A stretch of 64,000 nucleotides of DNA from NCBI GenBank assembly GCA_043823065.1, contig JBDRBB010000006.1, positions 96,001-160,000 on the forward strand, written 5' to 3'. Source of the stretch: Pseudomonadota bacterium. GTDB lineage: Bacteria > UBA10199 > 2-02-FULL-44-16 > DYJF01. Position 1 is the first letter of the stretch; each line of letters opens with the position of its first letter. The notes below the pieces were generated by a model, which made no database searches, was not told the origin of the DNA, and worked only from the letters and a program-made list of their open reading frames with translations. Positions 60,349 to 64,000 of the stretch are shown here, piece after piece. The translations under genes were made by a program, and so were the position numbers.

Positions 60349-60443
60349 CAAATCCTAAATTCAAAATTCTAAATTCTAAACAATATCAAATGTTCAAAAC
60401 ATGTAGCTTTTGTTTAGGATTTAGATATTAGAGATTAGAATTT
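60349..60443. repeat. Inverted arrays of degenerate AAATTCT/AGAATTT heptamers
   Basis: aaatcctaaattcaaaattctaaattctaaaca..tgtttaggatttagatattagagattagaattt. Confidence 0.7.
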
Positions 60444-60454
60444 GTTTTTTCATT

Positions 60455-61066
60455 ATGGCTACTAAATATATCGCAATCGCCGGCAACATGGGATCAGGCA
60501 AATCCAGCCTGGCAGGATTTTTGTGCCAACAATATAACTTGAAACCTTTTTTTGAACCCAATGATCTTAATCCTTTTTTACCTCTTTTTTACAAAGATAT
60601 GAAGCGCTGGGCGTTTCATTCGCAAATGCATTTTCTCACCCAAAAATTTCGTATCCATCAAGAATTGGACCGCTATGCTGGAACTGTAGTTCAGGATCGC
60701 ACCATTTATGAAGATGCAGAAATTTTTGCTGCCAATCTGTTTAAGACCGGCTTCATGAGCAAGCAAGAATATCAAACTTACCAGGAATTGTATGAATCTC
60801 TGCAAGAAGTGATTAATCCGCCAGATATTATGATTTATTGCGATTGTCCGGTCCGCACCTTAAAAAAGCGCATCTCCAAGAGAAACCGCGCTATTGAGGC
60901 CAAAGTGCCAGATGAATATTTAAAAGGTTTGGACAAACTTTATAAGCGTTGGCTAAATAAATACGCCAAATCACCAGTTATCTGTTTTCCAACAGGCCAT
61001 GCAGATTATTTATCAGATTTTATTCATCGCCAGGATTTGCTGGGAGAGATTGAAAAGCATCTGTAA
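60455..61066 (+). CDS. Deoxynucleoside kinase
   Basis: IAGNMGSGKS, FFEP, QDRTIYED, RISKRNR. Confidence 0.93.
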   Translation: MATKYIAIAGNMGSGKSSLAGFLCQQYNLKPFFEPNDLNPFLPLFYKDMKRWAFHSQMHFLTQKFRIHQELDRYAGTVVQDRTIYEDAEIFAANLFKTGFMSKQEYQTYQELYESLQEVINPPDIMIYCDCPVRTLKKRISKRNRAIEAKVPDEYLKGLDKLYKRWLNKYAKSPVICFPTGHADYLSDFIHRQDLLGEIEKHL

Positions 61067-64000
61067 ATTCCCATTCTCCATTGGGCTGCCTTCTTACCCG
61101 AACTTCCAGATAACCAGGAATTCTGGCAAAACTTTCTACAGATGGAGGAAGTCCACGCATTTCATCTACTAGAGCAGCTGCTGCTGCCCAATCTGGCAGG
61201 CGATCAGCAACCATTTCTGGATCTTCTACCGAAAAAGTAAGTCTGCCGCTCTGAATCATCCTTCTACCCACTAGACCCTGGCTGCCAACCTGAACCATAT
61301 AAATATTTTGATCAGCCCTGGGCATAGGTTGCGGATATCCATAAAAATAATGAGGATACTGGGTCCACATTCTTTGCAATGTCTCACCTACTTGATCTGG
61401 ATACACACTATTACCGGAATAGATGCTAAGCAATGGAGATAAAACATCAGGGTCATATACAGTATATCTGTAGCGGGTGCTATCTGGATCAACAAACATT
61501 TCCAAGCCAGCTTGCTCAAGTAAATATAAGCGATCTGATTCATCCATTAGCTCAAAGGAACTTGCTGCTGCTGTAGTGCTTAAAGGTTTTACACCCAAGG
61601 CTGTTAGGGCTATTTCCAAACTGTTAAATTCAATTGGCCGGCCTGGACTAAGATAATTAGCGTCCCTGGGATCACCCCAAATAGGCATAGGAACAACTGG
61701 ATCTTCATAACCAACCTGAGCCAACTCAGAACTTGGAGTATAACCAACTAAAGGCATGCTGGCGATAAAACGCCTGGCTGAATCAAATAAAGCGCGGCCC
61801 TGGGCGTTATCTGGAAATCTTGTTCTGGCTCCAGCAAAATTGGGCCGGACATATCTTAAAAAAGATCCTAAACATCTAGCACACATTTGCAAATATGTTC
61901 CTGGTTCCACAAAAGCATCATCTCCAACATCATCTGCCCCATAAGAATTGCCAACTGCTAATAATCCGCCAACGTCAATAACTTGTTCTGGCCTAGGCCT
62001 AGCTGCTGGCAAATCTACAACAGCTAGCACCCCTGAAGGTTCTGCTAATGGCAATGGAGGAACCATGTGAATACTGGTAGGCGCTGCGGAAAAACCATGG
62101 CCTGAAACCGGCCCTGCCCCTGAATTGCCTGAATTAGATTCATTAGGAGGTAAAGAAGAAGATGAATTATTACCGCGATCTCTTACCGCGTAAATAATAT
62201 CATTTACTGAATATCGAACTACTTCCAAACGATCAGACCTAGCTCCTGTCGCACGAATCAACTCTTCAATTCTGCTGTTTTGGCTACTTCTATCTATATA
62301 AACTGTAAAACCTCTTTGTTCTAAATACTGGCGCCATTCTGCTCGACCACGGGTTATTATATCATCTATGGTAAAAAGTACCTCGCCTCCTGGCAAAACT
62401 GTTTCAATCAAAGATTCAATCACCTCATCAGAGGAAGGATTAAAAGCCAAAGCAATCTGAGCAAAACCTTTAGGCAATTCCCTGACGTCCATCAGCACCA
62501 TGGAATATGAGCGTTGCTCTGCATCCTCAATTGTCATTTCAATCATATCTGAATTATAACCAATGGGAGGATTTTCTGCGGTAGGACTTTCCGGATCCAG
62601 TTCCACGCCAAGCACATGATAATAACTGGTAAAATTTGGAGCTAGAGCTAGAAATGTTGGTTCAGCAGGTGTGCGCGGACCAACCACTAAAATTATCGGT
62701 AAATTTGGCTCAACCAATCCTCCTGGATAATACCTGAAGTGAACACCAGTTTGTTCTAGTCTTGAAATCAAATCTTGAACAGGCGCTGTATCCTGAGCAA
62801 AACTTATCCGATTATACCTAAATCCATCAGCTGCGGTCACTCCTGCGTCTCGTTGCATGCCTTGCAAGGGTGTATTATAAAATGAGACAATACGATCATA
62901 AACCTCTTTGGGCAAATTATCATCATATTCATGATATTCATCTCTCACTCTGGTTGCCAAAGACTCACCATCAACTAAATATATATCATAACCAGGAAAA
63001 GCATTTCTTAGGGAAGATAAGACCATTTCTCTACGCGGCTGCGGTAAACTGCGCATCCAATTATTGCCAGTTCTTCTGGTATTTTGAATTTGGTTAACAT
63101 AGATGGCATTATCTCCAATATTAAAACTAACAACCATTACTTCTCTTCCTTGATGATGGATTAAAAAAGCAAAGCTACCATCAAAACCTCTTTGATAATA
63201 TTCTCCTACTCTTCCTTCTCTTCCTTCAACTGTTGTTCTGTAATCAAATGTTACCTCAAAATCCGGATGAAACTCAAAAGCAGCTAAGGCAGCTAAAATG
63301 CTGTTTACAGTTGCTTGATCTGGAATTGTGCTAGCCACTCTGGCTGCTACTTCAGCATTGCCTCTTAAGGCAACTAAGGGAATGCCAATTAATGAATTGG
63401 GATCTTCCTGGCGCACGATAACTTCAAGCTCATCAGGAGCCAATACAATCTCTGGATCTGTATCTTCGTTTGGATCATTAGCTTCAGAACGGATAGCGCG
63501 AATCACCCAAGTTGGCCGCAGATGAGATGGCAATCTATCAGGAAAAAATTGCCTGATTATATCATTTTCCCTTTGTTCTGAAATTTCAAAACCCATTCCT
63601 CTTAAATAATCTATCCAAAATTCACGCGAGCGTACTGTAGGATCACCCATAATAACGACTTCGCTTTGGGCAATTGCTGCTGCGGTTTCAATTAGTTCAT
63701 CTCTGGGATTGGCCACAACCACCCTATCGGCAGGAGACAGAAACCTGGCATCAACATATAACATTGAAGCATCAGCCCGAGATTCTAATGCTGGTGTAGC
63801 CAGCATATCTACACCAACTATGTGGTGCTCATTATCTCTCACTTGATCCAACCCAGTCTCTGGAGTTAGACCAAAAACATAAGTAACAGGCCAATCTGCT
63901 TGAGCAAAAAGAGCCTGGCCAGGGGCAAACTCGTGGGGCACTTCTCTGGCCCCTAAATGCCCTAATATAATTCCCAGAGGAGAATATTCAGGCAAACCAA
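61020..64000 (-). CDS. Large lysine-depleted orphan, 5' end outside the window, with two methyltransferase-like repeats
   Basis: Frame open to the window edge; 3 Lys in 991 aa; overlaps the dNK 3' end by 47 bp. Confidence 0.8.
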   Translation of the reverse strand, partial: GLPEYSPLGIILGHLGAREVPHEFAPGQALFAQADWPVTYVFGLTPETGLDQVRDNEHHIVGVDMLATPALESRADASMLYVDARFLSPADRVVVANPRDELIETAAAIAQSEVVIMGDPTVRSREFWIDYLRGMGFEISEQRENDIIRQFFPDRLPSHLRPTWVIRAIRSEANDPNEDTDPEIVLAPDELEVIVRQEDPNSLIGIPLVALRGNAEVAARVASTIPDQATVNSILAALAAFEFHPDFEVTFDYRTTVEGREGRVGEYYQRGFDGSFAFLIHHQGREVMVVSFNIGDNAIYVNQIQNTRRTGNNWMRSLPQPRREMVLSSLRNAFPGYDIYLVDGESLATRVRDEYHEYDDNLPKEVYDRIVSFYNTPLQGMQRDAGVTAADGFRYNRISFAQDTAPVQDLISRLEQTGVHFRYYPGGLVEPNLPIILVVGPRTPAEPTFLALAPNFTSYYHVLGVELDPESPTAENPPIGYNSDMIEMTIEDAEQRSYSMVLMDVRELPKGFAQIALAFNPSSDEVIESLIETVLPGGEVLFTIDDIITRGRAEWRQYLEQRGFTVYIDRSSQNSRIEELIRATGARSDRLEVVRYSVNDIIYAVRDRGNNSSSSLPPNESNSGNSGAGPVSGHGFSAAPTSIHMVPPLPLAEPSGVLAVVDLPAARPRPEQVIDVGGLLAVGNSYGADDVGDDAFVEPGTYLQMCARCLGSFLRYVRPNFAGARTRFPDNAQGRALFDSARRFIASMPLVGYTPSSELAQVGYEDPVVPMPIWGDPRDANYLSPGRPIEFNSLEIALTALGVKPLSTTAAASSFELMDESDRLYLLEQAGLEMFVDPDSTRYRYTVYDPDVLSPLLSIYSGNSVYPDQVGETLQRMWTQYPHYFYGYPQPMPRADQNIYMVQVGSQGLVGRRMIQSGRLTFSVEDPEMVADRLPDWAAAAALVDEMRGLPPSVESFARIPGYLEVRVRRQPNGEWEFTDAFQSLPANPGDE

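Overview
64-kb segment of an AT-rich, deltaproteobacteria-like chromosome (lineage inferred from gene types, not verified). The housekeeping backbone carries nadK, rmuC, a FlhG/MinD-like ATPase, sdhCAB, tRNA-Val/Asp, purH, alr-mlaEFD, coaD-aldolase-TolC-RND, slt, AMMECR1, TolC-MlaC-phosphodiesterase-etfBA-ACAD and a dNK. It is interrupted by islands holding toxin-antitoxin cassettes, AAA_14 ATPases, a TIR-flanked Y1 transposase and many palindromic repeats. Main signal: eight large orphan proteins (about 5,500 aa) contain only about 17 lysines by manual count (about 0.3%), against about 10% in a housekeeping protein such as CoaD; three have none. They include a clan-CD protease, a transglutaminase-like/TPR protein, a putative membrane-inserting protein and a tandem methyltransferase-like protein. 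Seven of the eight lie behind either a shared sigma28-like promoter (GCAACYTT-N11-RCCGAWAA) or sigma54 promoters, and two share a homologous N-terminal leader. This suggests a dedicated, co-regulated, lysine-free exported/effector proteome. Other signals: ghost copies of the purH and AMMECR1 3' ends bracket islands, and the Sdh complex has lost key cofactor and substrate residues. No CRISPR array, rRNA or integrase was seen.
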